64,000 nucleotides of DNA from an uncultured Bacteroidota bacterium (GTDB lineage: Bacteria; Bacteroidota; Ignavibacteria; UBA10030; UBA6906): NCBI GenBank assembly GCA_963700635.1, contig CAVOYH010000001.1, forward strand, positions 160,001 to 224,000, read 5' to 3'. A program made the position numbers and the translations under genes. The notes below the pieces were generated by a model. That model saw nothing but the letters and a program-made list of their open reading frames with translations, made no database searches and was not told where the DNA came from. Positions 19,298-28,581 of the stretch are shown one piece after another. Position 1 is the stretch's first letter. Every line of letters begins with the position of its first letter.

Positions 19298-20782
19298 GTG
19301 AAGCAGGTCGCTTTAATAGGGTCGGGGTTCGGTGGACTTGCCGAAGCCATTCGCCTGCAGGCTAGGGGCTTCTCCGTCACAATCTTCGAAAAGCGGGATA
19401 AAATCGGAGGAAGGGCATATCAGTTCGTCAAAGACGGCTACACCTTTGACATGGGTCCTTCCCTTATTACCGCTCCCTTTATTATTGACCGTGTGTTCCA
19501 AGCTGCGGGAAGGAACATGCGGGACTACCTCGATCTGATCCCCCTCGATCCTTTCTATCGATTGTATTTCCATGACGGATCGTTCATGGACTATTCCGGT
19601 GATCCGCGCCGCATGAAGGAGGAAATCGCAAAATTCCTACCGGCTGACGCGCTGCACTATGACCGGTTTTTTGAAGATGTGAAAAAGATCTATGATGCGG
19701 TCATCACCGAGGGCCTCGGTGCGAGACCGTTTGAAACGTGGAAGTCGTTTCTCTCGTTTGCGCCCCGCGCCATCCGTCTGGGCGGGCTCCGCCCGGTGTA
19801 CAACTTTGCGAGTCGGTATTTCAAGGACGAACGAAACCGGTTTGCCTTTTCGTTCCATCCGCTCTTCATCGGTGGCTCCCCGTTTCGCGCGCCGAGCATA
19901 TATATCATGATACCGTACCTGGAGCGTGAAGCAGGCGTCTGGTTTGCCCGGGGCGGAATGTACAGCCTTGTCCGTGCCTTTGAAACGGTCTTCCGCGAAC
20001 TCGGAGGAATCATTCACACCGGTGCCGAGGTTGATGAAATTGTGGTGCGTGATGGTCGCGCAACGGGGGTCCGCGTCGCCGGAACCCTCCATCCAGCGGA
20101 CATCGTGGTGTCTAATGGAGACGTCCCGTGGGTCTACAAACACCTCATCAAGCCTGAATTCCGCACACGTCGCTGGTCGGACCGTGCTCTTGGTCGGCTT
20201 CATATGTCCATGAGCTGCTTCCTTCTGTATATCGGAGTCCGCAAGCAGTACCCACAGCTGAAACATCACACGCTCATTCTGAGCGCGCGGTACAGAGAGC
20301 TCATCAGGGATATTTTCGATAAAAAAGTGCTTCCGGACGACTTCTCGATGTATTTGCACGTTCCGAGCCGGACCGATCCCGCGATGGCACCGCCCGGAGC
20401 AGAGAGTATGTATGTGTTGATTCCGGTGCCTCATCTCGGTGGAAAAACCGACTGGAGCGCTTCATCGATTCCATTTAAAGACCGGATTCTGGCATTTCTG
20501 GAGGAAGAGTTTGGCCTGGAAGATTTCCGTGCCAGTATTGAGGTTCTTGAGATGTTCACCCCCCTGGACTTTGAGCGTGAACTTAATGCGCTTTACGGGA
20601 ACGCTTTCAGCATCGAACCGCGTTTAACACAGAGTGCACTCTTCCGTCCACACAATAGAAGCGAGGAGATACGCGGCCTGTATTTTGTCGGGGCCGGAAC
20701 CCATCCCGGAGGGGGAGTCCCAGGTGTTCTTCTTGGTGCCGAAGCAACCGAACAGTGTATTATGGAAGACGTCCCGGCGTGA
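19298..20782 (+). CDS. crtI: Phytoene desaturase
   Basis: GSGFGG FAD motif, FDMGPSLIT, C-terminal GAGTHPGGGVPGV. GTG start after GGGAG. Confidence 0.93.
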   Translation: MKQVALIGSGFGGLAEAIRLQARGFSVTIFEKRDKIGGRAYQFVKDGYTFDMGPSLITAPFIIDRVFQAAGRNMRDYLDLIPLDPFYRLYFHDGSFMDYSGDPRRMKEEIAKFLPADALHYDRFFEDVKKIYDAVITEGLGARPFETWKSFLSFAPRAIRLGGLRPVYNFASRYFKDERNRFAFSFHPLFIGGSPFRAPSIYIMIPYLEREAGVWFARGGMYSLVRAFETVFRELGGIIHTGAEVDEIVVRDGRATGVRVAGTLHPADIVVSNGDVPWVYKHLIKPEFRTRRWSDRALGRLHMSMSCFLLYIGVRKQYPQLKHHTLILSARYRELIRDIFDKKVLPDDFSMYLHVPSRTDPAMAPPGAESMYVLIPVPHLGGKTDWSASSIPFKDRILAFLEEEFGLEDFRASIEVLEMFTPLDFERELNALYGNAFSIEPRLTQSALFRPHNRSEEIRGLYFVGAGTHPGGGVPGVLLGAEATEQCIMEDVPA

Positions 20783-20827
20783 TTTTTTTTGAGCTTTTCT
20801 TGAAATCGGATAATTCGCAAATACCAA

Positions 20828-21772
20828 ATGAATCACATGTCATCAAGACCTATGCATAAGCCCATACTGTCCACAGCCGACGTGGCCCGGCTATTCTGCG
20901 TTACGGAGACGACCGTGAAGAGATGGGCTGATGAGGGAACGCTGAGGTGCCAGAAAACTCCGGGAGGTCACCGCAAATTCCAGATTCGCAACGTGGTTGC
21001 GTTTGCTGAAGAAAACAACTTCGAGCCGATCGGGGCGCTCTCCCTGCCCGGTCAGCCGGAGACCGGGGAGGCCTTGCAGGTCGCGATTCTCAAACGTGAC
21101 TTCACCGTCCTTGTCCGGACGTTCGTTGACAAAGCACTCTCGCCTGACCGCACGGATCTTTACCGCTTCCTCTCATATCTGTATGGACACCGCATCGCGC
21201 TGTGGGAAATCTACGATCTTGTCCTGAAGCCCGGTATGGAGGTGATCGGTGACCGATGGAGCGCTGGCTTAATTGGCATCGGCCAGGAACACATGGCATC
21301 CTACGAAACGCTTGATGCTCTCGCGAAACTCCAGAATGAAATCCTTATCAAGGCACCCACCGGTGATTCGGCAATTCTTGCATGCCTGGGCGAAGAGCTC
21401 CATGAAATCGGTTTACGATGCACTGCCTCCCTCTTTGAGGCAGAAGGATGGCGGACACAGTATCTCGGCGCCCGGACGCCGGCGGACGCCATCCTCAGTG
21501 CTGTCAGAGATTTCCATCCGTTGGTCATCGGCATTTCCGTCACCAGGGTGCACGAGAAGGAAGAGCTGGCACACCAGCTGCACACGATTGCCGAGAGTGC
21601 CAGGGCCTATGGCGGCAAGATGATCATCGGGGGAATGGGCGTCCCGGCCGATCTCCACGGGGCTGCATGGCATGATGGTGTAATACATTCCGGGCGCGAA
21701 CTCCTTACGTTCATCGAAGAACGAGGCAACGGACTCCGTGCTCAAGGCTCTCGCGGACGGAGGGTGTTATGA
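20828..21772 (+). CDS. carH: CarH/LitR-like cobalamin-binding transcriptional regulator (HTH_17/MerR-like DBD + B12-binding domains)
   Basis: LSTADVARLFCVTETTVKRWADEG...TPGGHRKF HTH, W-x9-EH (WSAGLIGIGQEH), ExHxxG (ELHEIG), YLG..TP, IIGG. Alternative start 20852. Confidence 0.82.
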   Translation: MNHMSSRPMHKPILSTADVARLFCVTETTVKRWADEGTLRCQKTPGGHRKFQIRNVVAFAEENNFEPIGALSLPGQPETGEALQVAILKRDFTVLVRTFVDKALSPDRTDLYRFLSYLYGHRIALWEIYDLVLKPGMEVIGDRWSAGLIGIGQEHMASYETLDALAKLQNEILIKAPTGDSAILACLGEELHEIGLRCTASLFEAEGWRTQYLGARTPADAILSAVRDFHPLVIGISVTRVHEKEELAHQLHTIAESARAYGGKMIIGGMGVPADLHGAAWHDGVIHSGRELLTFIEERGNGLRAQGSRGRRVL

Positions 21773-22716
21773 CCGGTCCGACAATCCACACACATGAATA
21801 CGCACGGCGGGTAACCAAACGGTACGCCCGGACCTTCTATTTTGCATCGCATGTTCTCCCGCGCGACAAATGTGCAGCTGCCTACGCGGTGTATGGATTC
21901 TGTCGTTATGCAGACAACCTGACCGATGCTCATCAGGGAGATGCCGGGCGGATGCCCGGTGCCGCTGCACGGATTGCGGAACTTCGTCAGGAGCTGGCGG
22001 ACATCTACCGGGGCGGGGCGGGTGCGGCCCGGTGGCCCGCGCTTGGCGAAATCGTTCGACGCTACGGCATACCACAGGAGTATCTGGACGCATTGCTGGA
22101 TGGTGTTGAGATGGATCTCACGCCCAGAGTGTACCGGAATTTTGAAGATCTTGACCAGTATTGTTACCGGGTTGCCTCCGTGGTCGGGTTGGTGATGACA
22201 CATGTTTTCGGAGCCACATCGGACAAAGCCCTCCGTCATGCAGCGGAACTCGGGACGGCGATGCAACTGACGAATATCCTGCGGGATGTGGGGGAGGATT
22301 TTGGCATGGGTCGTATCTATCTACCCCGTGACGAAATGGCCCGGTTCGGGGTCTCCGAAGAGACCATTGCGGCCGGTTCTGTGACGGAATCTATCCGGCG
22401 GTTGCTGCAATTCCAGATCACACGCGCGCGCGAGTATTATCATAGAGCCGAACCGGGCATTGCTCTCGTGCCTGACGATGGTTCACGTATTACGGTTCGC
22501 CTGATGAGCACTCTCTACTCGAAGATCCTCGACGCCATTGAACGGAATGACTATGATGTTTTTTCCCTCAGGGCACATGTACCATTCCGTACCAAGTGCC
22601 GAATTGCCTTGTCCGTTGTGACCCGTCCATCAGACCGTCCTTCAGTCTCCTCCAGTACAAAAGACCATAAAGCGAAGATGGTTCACGAAAACATGATGGC
22701 TGATGAAGAGCGCTGA
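21769..22716 (+). CDS. crtB: Phytoene synthase
   Basis: ARTFYFAS, YGFCRYADNLTD, YCYRVASVVG, QLTNILRDVGED, GRIYLP. Confidence 0.96.
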   Translation: MTGPTIHTHEYARRVTKRYARTFYFASHVLPRDKCAAAYAVYGFCRYADNLTDAHQGDAGRMPGAAARIAELRQELADIYRGGAGAARWPALGEIVRRYGIPQEYLDALLDGVEMDLTPRVYRNFEDLDQYCYRVASVVGLVMTHVFGATSDKALRHAAELGTAMQLTNILRDVGEDFGMGRIYLPRDEMARFGVSEETIAAGSVTESIRRLLQFQITRAREYYHRAEPGIALVPDDGSRITVRLMSTLYSKILDAIERNDYDVFSLRAHVPFRTKCRIALSVVTRPSDRPSVSSSTKDHKAKMVHENMMADEER

Positions 22717-22754
22717 ATCCCCTAACTGACTGATAATCGTTTTATGAGAACCTT

Positions 22755-23642
22755 ATGAATGTGACCGCCCGGAGTCTTGAGTGGGAAGCCTTGTTCCCTC
22801 CGAAAATTGACGACCTGCTCCACCATTCCATCGCCGGAGTTGAACCTCCGGGATTGCGGCACGTGCTGGGTAACGCTGTGACCGGGGGGAAGCGTATCCG
22901 CCCCATCCTCACCGCTCTGGCATGTGCGGCGGCCGGAGGAGACGAGCAGGATACCCTGGAGGCGGGTGCAGCGATTGAGCTACTCCACACGTCTTCCCTT
23001 GTGCACGATGACATTATGGATGAGGCTGATCTGCGTCGGGGCGCTCCAACCATTGTCAAACAAAACGGTACTTCCATGGCCGTCCTTGCCGGGGACGCAC
23101 TACTTGCCCTCTCGTTCCGGCTTATCCACAGCATCACATCGCCCCGCAAAGACGAGATTCAGAGGGTGTTCACAACGACGTTTCTCAATCTCTGCGAAGG
23201 TCAGTGTGCCGATATCCGGGTGACTGAATCGTCCCTGGACGAAACACCCGGCCATTCCTGGATGGTTGAGCGTAAGACTGCGCGCCTTATCGAAGCGTGT
23301 ACCACCATCGGCGGACTGCTGGCTCCATATAACCCGAATCATGTACGGGCCCTGAGCGCCTTCGGTCTCGCACTGGGTCTGGCCTATCAGGCGACCGACG
23401 ATCTGCTTGATGCGAACGGTAACGAAATGGAGACGGGCAAAACAGGCGGGCTGGACCACCGCAACGGCCGACAGACATACCTCACTCTGGCCTACCCGGA
23501 ACGTAATTCGGCTGAGGAGATTCGCCGGCTTATCCGTAACCATACGGCCGCAGGGTGCAGGGCATTGGAGTCGCTCCCGCCCTCATCCTCGCGTGACCGG
23601 CTCGTGGGTCTGGCAATGAGTCTTCTGGATCGGCGCCACTAA
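22755..23642 (+). CDS. crtE: Geranylgeranyl diphosphate synthase (polyprenyl synthetase)
   Basis: GGKRIRP, SLVHDDIMD...RRG (FARM), GQ, KTA, YQATDDLLD (SARM), crt context. Confidence 0.88.
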   Translation: MNVTARSLEWEALFPPKIDDLLHHSIAGVEPPGLRHVLGNAVTGGKRIRPILTALACAAAGGDEQDTLEAGAAIELLHTSSLVHDDIMDEADLRRGAPTIVKQNGTSMAVLAGDALLALSFRLIHSITSPRKDEIQRVFTTTFLNLCEGQCADIRVTESSLDETPGHSWMVERKTARLIEACTTIGGLLAPYNPNHVRALSAFGLALGLAYQATDDLLDANGNEMETGKTGGLDHRNGRQTYLTLAYPERNSAEEIRRLIRNHTAAGCRALESLPPSSSRDRLVGLAMSLLDRRH

Positions 23643-23644
23643 CG

Positions 23645-25069
23645 ATGGCAGCGACGCATCCATATCGCCGCATTCTGGTCTGGTTTCGACGTGCTTTGCG
23701 GGTGGATGACAATATGGCGCTCTGGCATGCCCTCCACGATGGAGAGGAGATTGTGCCCGTACTCTGTCTGTCAGAACATCCTGCTTACCAGGACTTAACT
23801 GAACGGCGCAAGCTCCTCAGAACTCAAATCTGGAATCTGGATGCCGGGCTGAGGAAACGAGGGACTTCCCTCCACGTGCGGCTGGGTTCCCCTGAACGGG
23901 CTCTTCTCACTGCGGCGGCGGTCTATCGTGCAGACGCAGTCTACGCAGTTGCCCTCCACGACACCCCGGGTCTCGAACGGGATGCCGGGATCAAACGGGC
24001 GCTTGGAGCGATGGGTGTGGCCTTTGTTCTCTGGCCGGACCGTGTACTCTCTGAGGCAAATCAAATCCTGACAAAGACAGACACGCCGTACAAAGTGTAC
24101 ACCCCTTTCAGGCGGGCATGGCTCGCCAGTGCCGACGATAAACCGCGGCCGGTGGGATTGTCCCGATCGATTACGCCTGTGCCCTCCGCAGAAGGGACAC
24201 GCACAGTCCACTCGCTCGGATGGGTTGATGGGGTCCGGGAGTTTGATGTGTTGAAACAGTTGAGGAGTTTTCTCAAACACAACGTCGGTCGGTACCACAA
24301 GCAGCGTGATCTTCCCGGCGTGGAAGGGACTTCAAGACTCTCTCCCCATCTCTCGATAGGGAGTATTTCAATCCGGCGGGTTTACTGGGAATCGCGCGCC
24401 GCGGCCGAACACGCGTCACCGGATGCCAGACGTGGGATTACGACCTTTGTAAACGAACTGATCTGGCGCGAGTTTTACTACCAGATACTCGTTCATTTTC
24501 CCTATGTGCTGCAAACGGCGTTCCGTGAAGATTTTCGGTCGCTCCGGTGGAGCGAGAACATGCGGTATTTTGACCGGTGGAAGGAAGGGAATACCGGCTA
24601 TCCGATTGTTGATGCGGCCATGCGGCAGCTTTCGACCGAGGGATGGATGCATAACCGTGCCCGTATGATTGTGGCATCGTTTCTTACGAAAGACCTGCAT
24701 CTCTCGTGGCAGTGGGGCGAGCGGCACTTTCTGAAACTCCTGACGGATGCCGACCTCGCATCCAACAACGGCGGGTGGCAGTGGACAGCCGGTACGGGGA
24801 CCGATGCCTCTCCCTGGTTCCGGATTTTTAATCCTGTTCTCCAGGCAAAAAAGTTCGATCCGGACGGAGTCTATGTCCGCCGGTATGTGCCGGAACTCCG
24901 TGCAGTCCCGGTTCCCTCGATTCATCAGCCATGGAAAATGAACAGGCAGGAACAGGAAGCGGCAGGGTGCATCATAGGCCGGTCCTATCCTGTTCCGCTC
25001 GTAGAACATGGTCAGGCACGCGCGAAAACGCTGAATCTGTACAAGAGCAAACAAAAGGGAATGTTATGA
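23645..25069 (+). CDS. phrB: Class I CPD DNA photolyase
   Basis: WFRR.LRV.DN, TSRLSPHL, ELIWREFY, TGYPIVDAAMRQL, GWMHNRARM, NNGGWQW, RIFNP. Confidence 0.94.
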   Translation: MAATHPYRRILVWFRRALRVDDNMALWHALHDGEEIVPVLCLSEHPAYQDLTERRKLLRTQIWNLDAGLRKRGTSLHVRLGSPERALLTAAAVYRADAVYAVALHDTPGLERDAGIKRALGAMGVAFVLWPDRVLSEANQILTKTDTPYKVYTPFRRAWLASADDKPRPVGLSRSITPVPSAEGTRTVHSLGWVDGVREFDVLKQLRSFLKHNVGRYHKQRDLPGVEGTSRLSPHLSIGSISIRRVYWESRAAAEHASPDARRGITTFVNELIWREFYYQILVHFPYVLQTAFREDFRSLRWSENMRYFDRWKEGNTGYPIVDAAMRQLSTEGWMHNRARMIVASFLTKDLHLSWQWGERHFLKLLTDADLASNNGGWQWTAGTGTDASPWFRIFNPVLQAKKFDPDGVYVRRYVPELRAVPVPSIHQPWKMNRQEQEAAGCIIGRSYPVPLVEHGQARAKTLNLYKSKQKGML

Positions 25070-25545
25070 TACGCTTTGTGTTCATCATGCTCGCCGCATT
25101 TGTGGCTATGGAGTTTTTTTCGTATCTGGTCCATCGTTTTGTCTACCACACGCTACTCTGGGTATTGCACAAAAGCCATCACACGCCCCGTAAGGGAGTC
25201 TTTGAATGGAATGATGTTTTCCCGATGGTATTCGCATCGATAAGCATCTATGTCATGTGGTATGCCGTAGGGGATTCCACTCGGGGAGACCTGTTGGCGC
25301 TCATTCTTGGTGTGACGATGTACGGGATGATCTACCTGGTGATCCACGATCTCTATGTCCACCGGCGCATGAAATCACTCACATTCCGCATCCACTATCT
25401 GCAACAGGTCAAGAAAGCGCATATGGTCCATCACCTGACCGGAGGCGAACCATATGGACTTCTGCTCTTCTGGGTTCCGCGTCACATCAGGGATGCGGCC
25501 CCCGATGAACCACAGGATGCGTCACCCGAAAGTACAAAAACCTGA
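25066..25545 (+). CDS. crtZ: Beta-carotene hydroxylase
   Basis: ME...HRFVYH, LHKSHH, FEWND, IHDLYVHRR, AHMVHH His boxes. ATGA overlap with the photolyase stop. Confidence 0.88.
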   Translation: MIRFVFIMLAAFVAMEFFSYLVHRFVYHTLLWVLHKSHHTPRKGVFEWNDVFPMVFASISIYVMWYAVGDSTRGDLLALILGVTMYGMIYLVIHDLYVHRRMKSLTFRIHYLQQVKKAHMVHHLTGGEPYGLLLFWVPRHIRDAAPDEPQDASPESTKT

Positions 25546-25552
25546 GCCCTGC

Positions 25553-26101
25553 ATGATCCTGCACGTCGTACTCCTGGCGCTCTTTCCCCTGACATCCGGT
25601 TTCACGCTCGATGCAACAGCCCATCATAGCGTGGAGCTCCGCCACCCGATAGATTCTGTGCGTGCTCTGGTGCACAATCTAAAAACGCTGGAAGAATCGA
25701 TGCCGGGCGTCATAGAGATCAGGCCGGAAGGAGAGGGGCGGTTTCTCTATCGCACGAAGAGAGAGATACCGTTTTCAGCGCCTATGCAAATAGATTTCCG
25801 CATCGTGGGGGTGTTCGAACCGGATGGCAGTGTGACATGGCGGACGCCCGGCACGGATGATCATAACTGGATGTCCTTCCGTTTTGTCACCGTTCCGGTT
25901 GGCACGTCAACAACTCTGCTCTCCCTCCGTCTTCGGGTGCGGCTTGTGCGGGAGCAGGGAACGGAAATTCATGTTCTGGCTCCGCTTCTGGGTGAGAGAT
26001 TCCTCAGTGAACGAATGGAACAGGATCTGACAGCCATGCTCCACCTCTTCGGGGAACGTCTTTCGCGGCGCGAACCGTCCTTTCAAACTGTCCGGTACTA
26101 A
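25553..26101 (+). CDS. Hypothetical START/SRPBCC(CoxG)-like protein with N-terminal signal peptide
   Basis: Hydrophobic N-terminus (MILHVVLLALFPLTSG), CoxG-like LEESMPGVIEI, beta-rich core, long C-terminal helix. Lies inside the crt operon. Confidence 0.55.
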   Translation: MILHVVLLALFPLTSGFTLDATAHHSVELRHPIDSVRALVHNLKTLEESMPGVIEIRPEGEGRFLYRTKREIPFSAPMQIDFRIVGVFEPDGSVTWRTPGTDDHNWMSFRFVTVPVGTSTTLLSLRLRVRLVREQGTEIHVLAPLLGERFLSERMEQDLTAMLHLFGERLSRREPSFQTVRY

Positions 26102-26104
26102 GCC

Positions 26105-26413
26105 ATGCATGCCGAGTATTTTATCGTTCTTGGGGCAATTCTTCTGTTTCCGCTGGGGCTGAGCATCGTTATGCGCCTCAGGATCTACACGCACGGCCCT
26201 GCGTTGCTCAAAGTTATGGGAATTGTCTGCGCGGCATATTGGACATGGGATGTTGTTGTGACTGCGCGTGGACACTGGTCATTTAATCCAGACTATGTGA
26301 TGGGATGGACTCTTCTGGGTATGCCGGCCGAGGAATGGCTGTTCTTTGTTGTGCTTGTATTCGTATCGATCTTCACGTATGAAGCCGTGCGGAAGGTTCT
26401 TACAAAACAATGA
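26105..26413 (+). CDS. crtYc: Lycopene cyclase, heterodimeric subunit (CrtYc-like)
   Basis: TM protein with WD...GHWSFNP...GMPAEEWLFF (PxEE) motif. Confidence 0.85.
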   Translation: MHAEYFIVLGAILLFPLGLSIVMRLRIYTHGPALLKVMGIVCAAYWTWDVVVTARGHWSFNPDYVMGWTLLGMPAEEWLFFVVLVFVSIFTYEAVRKVLTKQ

Positions 26414-26718
26414 AAGAATATACACTCTTTGCATTCCTTTCCGCCGCGTTCGGATTGATCCTGGATCGACTTCTCAGGACCCGGATTGCCGGGGGAAAGG
26501 AATTCTGGATAACGATGACGGTCATGATGGCCTTCAAAATTCCATCAAACGGGTATCTTACGGGCAGACCCATCGTGTTGTACAACCCGGACTTCTTTCT
26601 CGGCATCCGCCTGGGTTCAATTCCGGTTGAGGACTTCCTGTACGGATTCGGTTTGATCACGATAACCCTCGTTCTCTGGGAGTATTTTGTGCGAAAGGAA
26701 CACAAGCATGAAGTTTGA
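26410..26718 (+). CDS. crtYd: Lycopene cyclase, heterodimeric subunit (CrtYd-like)
   Basis: NGYLTGRPIVLYNP...GIRLGSIPVEDFLY (PxED) motif. Overlaps the crtYc stop. Confidence 0.85.
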   Translation: MKEYTLFAFLSAAFGLILDRLLRTRIAGGKEFWITMTVMMAFKIPSNGYLTGRPIVLYNPDFFLGIRLGSIPVEDFLYGFGLITITLVLWEYFVRKEHKHEV

Positions 26719-27025
26719 TCATGTTGCCGTTCATGTCAAGGACATTGCCCGGTCTGTCGCGTGGTACAGGGAGACCGTTGGTGCCTCGGTACTGTACGAA
26801 GACGACACCTGGGCATTTCTTGAAGCGGGGGGAGTGAAGATTGCCCTGACGCTTCCGAGTCAGCATCCCCGCCACATCGCCTTCGATGTCGGCACAGCCC
26901 CCTCGGACGAATTCCTCAAAAAAGCGCGTCCGCATCGGGATGGAAGTGTGTCGTACTACATCGTGGATCCGGACGGCAACGCGGTGGAATGGATACAGTA
27001 TCCCCGGACACCGGAGGTCGCATGA
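26708..27025 (+). CDS. VOC/glyoxalase family protein
   Basis: FDHVAVHVKDIARSVAWY, HIAF, DPDGNAVE. Confidence 0.9.
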   Translation: MKFDHVAVHVKDIARSVAWYRETVGASVLYEDDTWAFLEAGGVKIALTLPSQHPRHIAFDVGTAPSDEFLKKARPHRDGSVSYYIVDPDGNAVEWIQYPRTPEVA

Positions 27026-27498
27026 AGGTGCACGTTCTCCGCAGACAGCAGGTGGTCGCCCAGCCTCTCGAGAGGGTCTTTCAGTTTTTCTCCCGCCCTG
27101 AAAATCTTGCCCGCCTGACTCCGGACGCTCTCCGGTTCCGGACCCTGACGCCTTCCCCCATTGTCATGAAACCGGGAACCATGATTGACTACACAATCCG
27201 TGTCCTTGGCATTCCTGTACGATGGAAGACATTAATTACTTCGTATGATCCACCCCGCGGATTTGTGGACGAACAGGTGCGGGGTCCCTATGCGTTCTGG
27301 TTTCATCGTCACACGTTTTTTGCCGTTGATGGGGGGACGGAGATCATTGACGAAGTGCACTACGCCCTCCCCGGCGGAGTGCTTGCTCCGGTAGCTCATA
27401 CGGTGTTTGTTCGACGGCAAATCGGAAAGATTTTTGACTACCGGGCGAAGGCCATCACCCGGTTTTTTGAGAACGGGACAGAACGGGCTGCCGGATGA
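27022..27498 (+). CDS. SRPBCC family protein
   Basis: PLERVFQFFSRPENLARLTP, FVDEQVRGPYAFWFHRHTF, IFDYR. Confidence 0.9.
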   Translation: MKVHVLRRQQVVAQPLERVFQFFSRPENLARLTPDALRFRTLTPSPIVMKPGTMIDYTIRVLGIPVRWKTLITSYDPPRGFVDEQVRGPYAFWFHRHTFFAVDGGTEIIDEVHYALPGGVLAPVAHTVFVRRQIGKIFDYRAKAITRFFENGTERAAG

Positions 27499-28406
27499 AC
27501 ATCACTCTCGCTGGTGCAACCGGATTCATCGGAACAGCGCTCGTGCGCCGGCTTCGCGAGCGGGGAGATGCGGTCACCGTTCTGACGAGAAGGCCCGAAG
27601 CCGAGTTGCCGGCGGTATTTTCCGGAGTCCGCATGGTGCAGTGGGATGGGGAGCATCAGGGGGAATGGTGCGCGGCGTTGACAGGTTCCGACGCAGTGAT
27701 CAATTTATCCGGCGAGTCGATCGCCGGTCGCCGGTGGACTGCAGAGAGGAAAAAAAGGATAGTGGACAGCCGGATCGGTCCGACCAGAACCCTCGTCGAG
27801 GCACTCCGGAGGATGTCCGCCCCTCCCAAAGTACTCCTCAATGCCTCAGCAATCGGCTATTACGGGGGAGTCGGGGAAGGGCCCGTCTCAGAAGAGGCAA
27901 ATGCAGGAACCGGCTTTCTCGCCGAGACGTGTTCCCGGTGGGAATCAGAAGCCCTTGCTGCCGGACAATTCGGCGTCCGCGTGGTGCTTCCACGGATAGG
28001 TATTCTGCTGGGCCGGGGTGGGGGAGCGCTGCCAAAGATGCTTTTGCCGTTTCGACTTTTCATCGGCGGGCCTCTGGGATCGGGAAGGCAGTGGTTCCCG
28101 TGGGTTCATCTTGATGATGTTACCGGTGTTGTACTCTTTGCGCTGGATACGCCCGGGCTGTCCGGACCGGTAAATGTCGTCGCGCCCGAAGCTGTTACCA
28201 TGGGCGAATTCAGCCGCGCTCTGGGATCGGTCTTGCGGCGCCCGTCCTGGCTCCCCGTGCCGGAAGCTGTGTTGCGCATCATTCTTGGTGAAATGGCCGG
28301 GCTTGTCCTCGAAGGCAGACAGATTGTGCCGGCGGCGCTTCAAAAACTTGAATATTCCTTTGTCTATCCCCGACTCTCAAAGGCACTACAATCGTTGCTC
28401 CCGTGA
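27495..28406 (+). CDS. TIGR01777 family NAD(P)-dependent oxidoreductase (YfcH-like)
   Basis: AGATGFIG, INLSGESI..RWT...K..I..SR, ASAIGYYG, GSGRQWFPWVH. Confidence 0.93.
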   Translation: MNITLAGATGFIGTALVRRLRERGDAVTVLTRRPEAELPAVFSGVRMVQWDGEHQGEWCAALTGSDAVINLSGESIAGRRWTAERKKRIVDSRIGPTRTLVEALRRMSAPPKVLLNASAIGYYGGVGEGPVSEEANAGTGFLAETCSRWESEALAAGQFGVRVVLPRIGILLGRGGGALPKMLLPFRLFIGGPLGSGRQWFPWVHLDDVTGVVLFALDTPGLSGPVNVVAPEAVTMGEFSRALGSVLRRPSWLPVPEAVLRIILGEMAGLVLEGRQIVPAALQKLEYSFVYPRLSKALQSLLP

Positions 28407-28581
28407 GGGCGGCACCGGCCGGGCCTCTTCATTCTTTCCTGTTTTTTTTCTATATTCTCTGTATCTATGAACAGCCGCGTCTGACATTTGTCATGTCCAA
28501 TGTCCAACCGGACGCCCCAGAGACCCCCGGTTTCCTTCGCCACTCGCACGAAATGGCTCTATTGTCTCCAGAGACTCCGAG

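Noticed and set aside
28407-28581. Possible cobalamin riboswitch before mutA
   Set aside because: No B12-box or conserved GGGAA/GCCACTG core visible.
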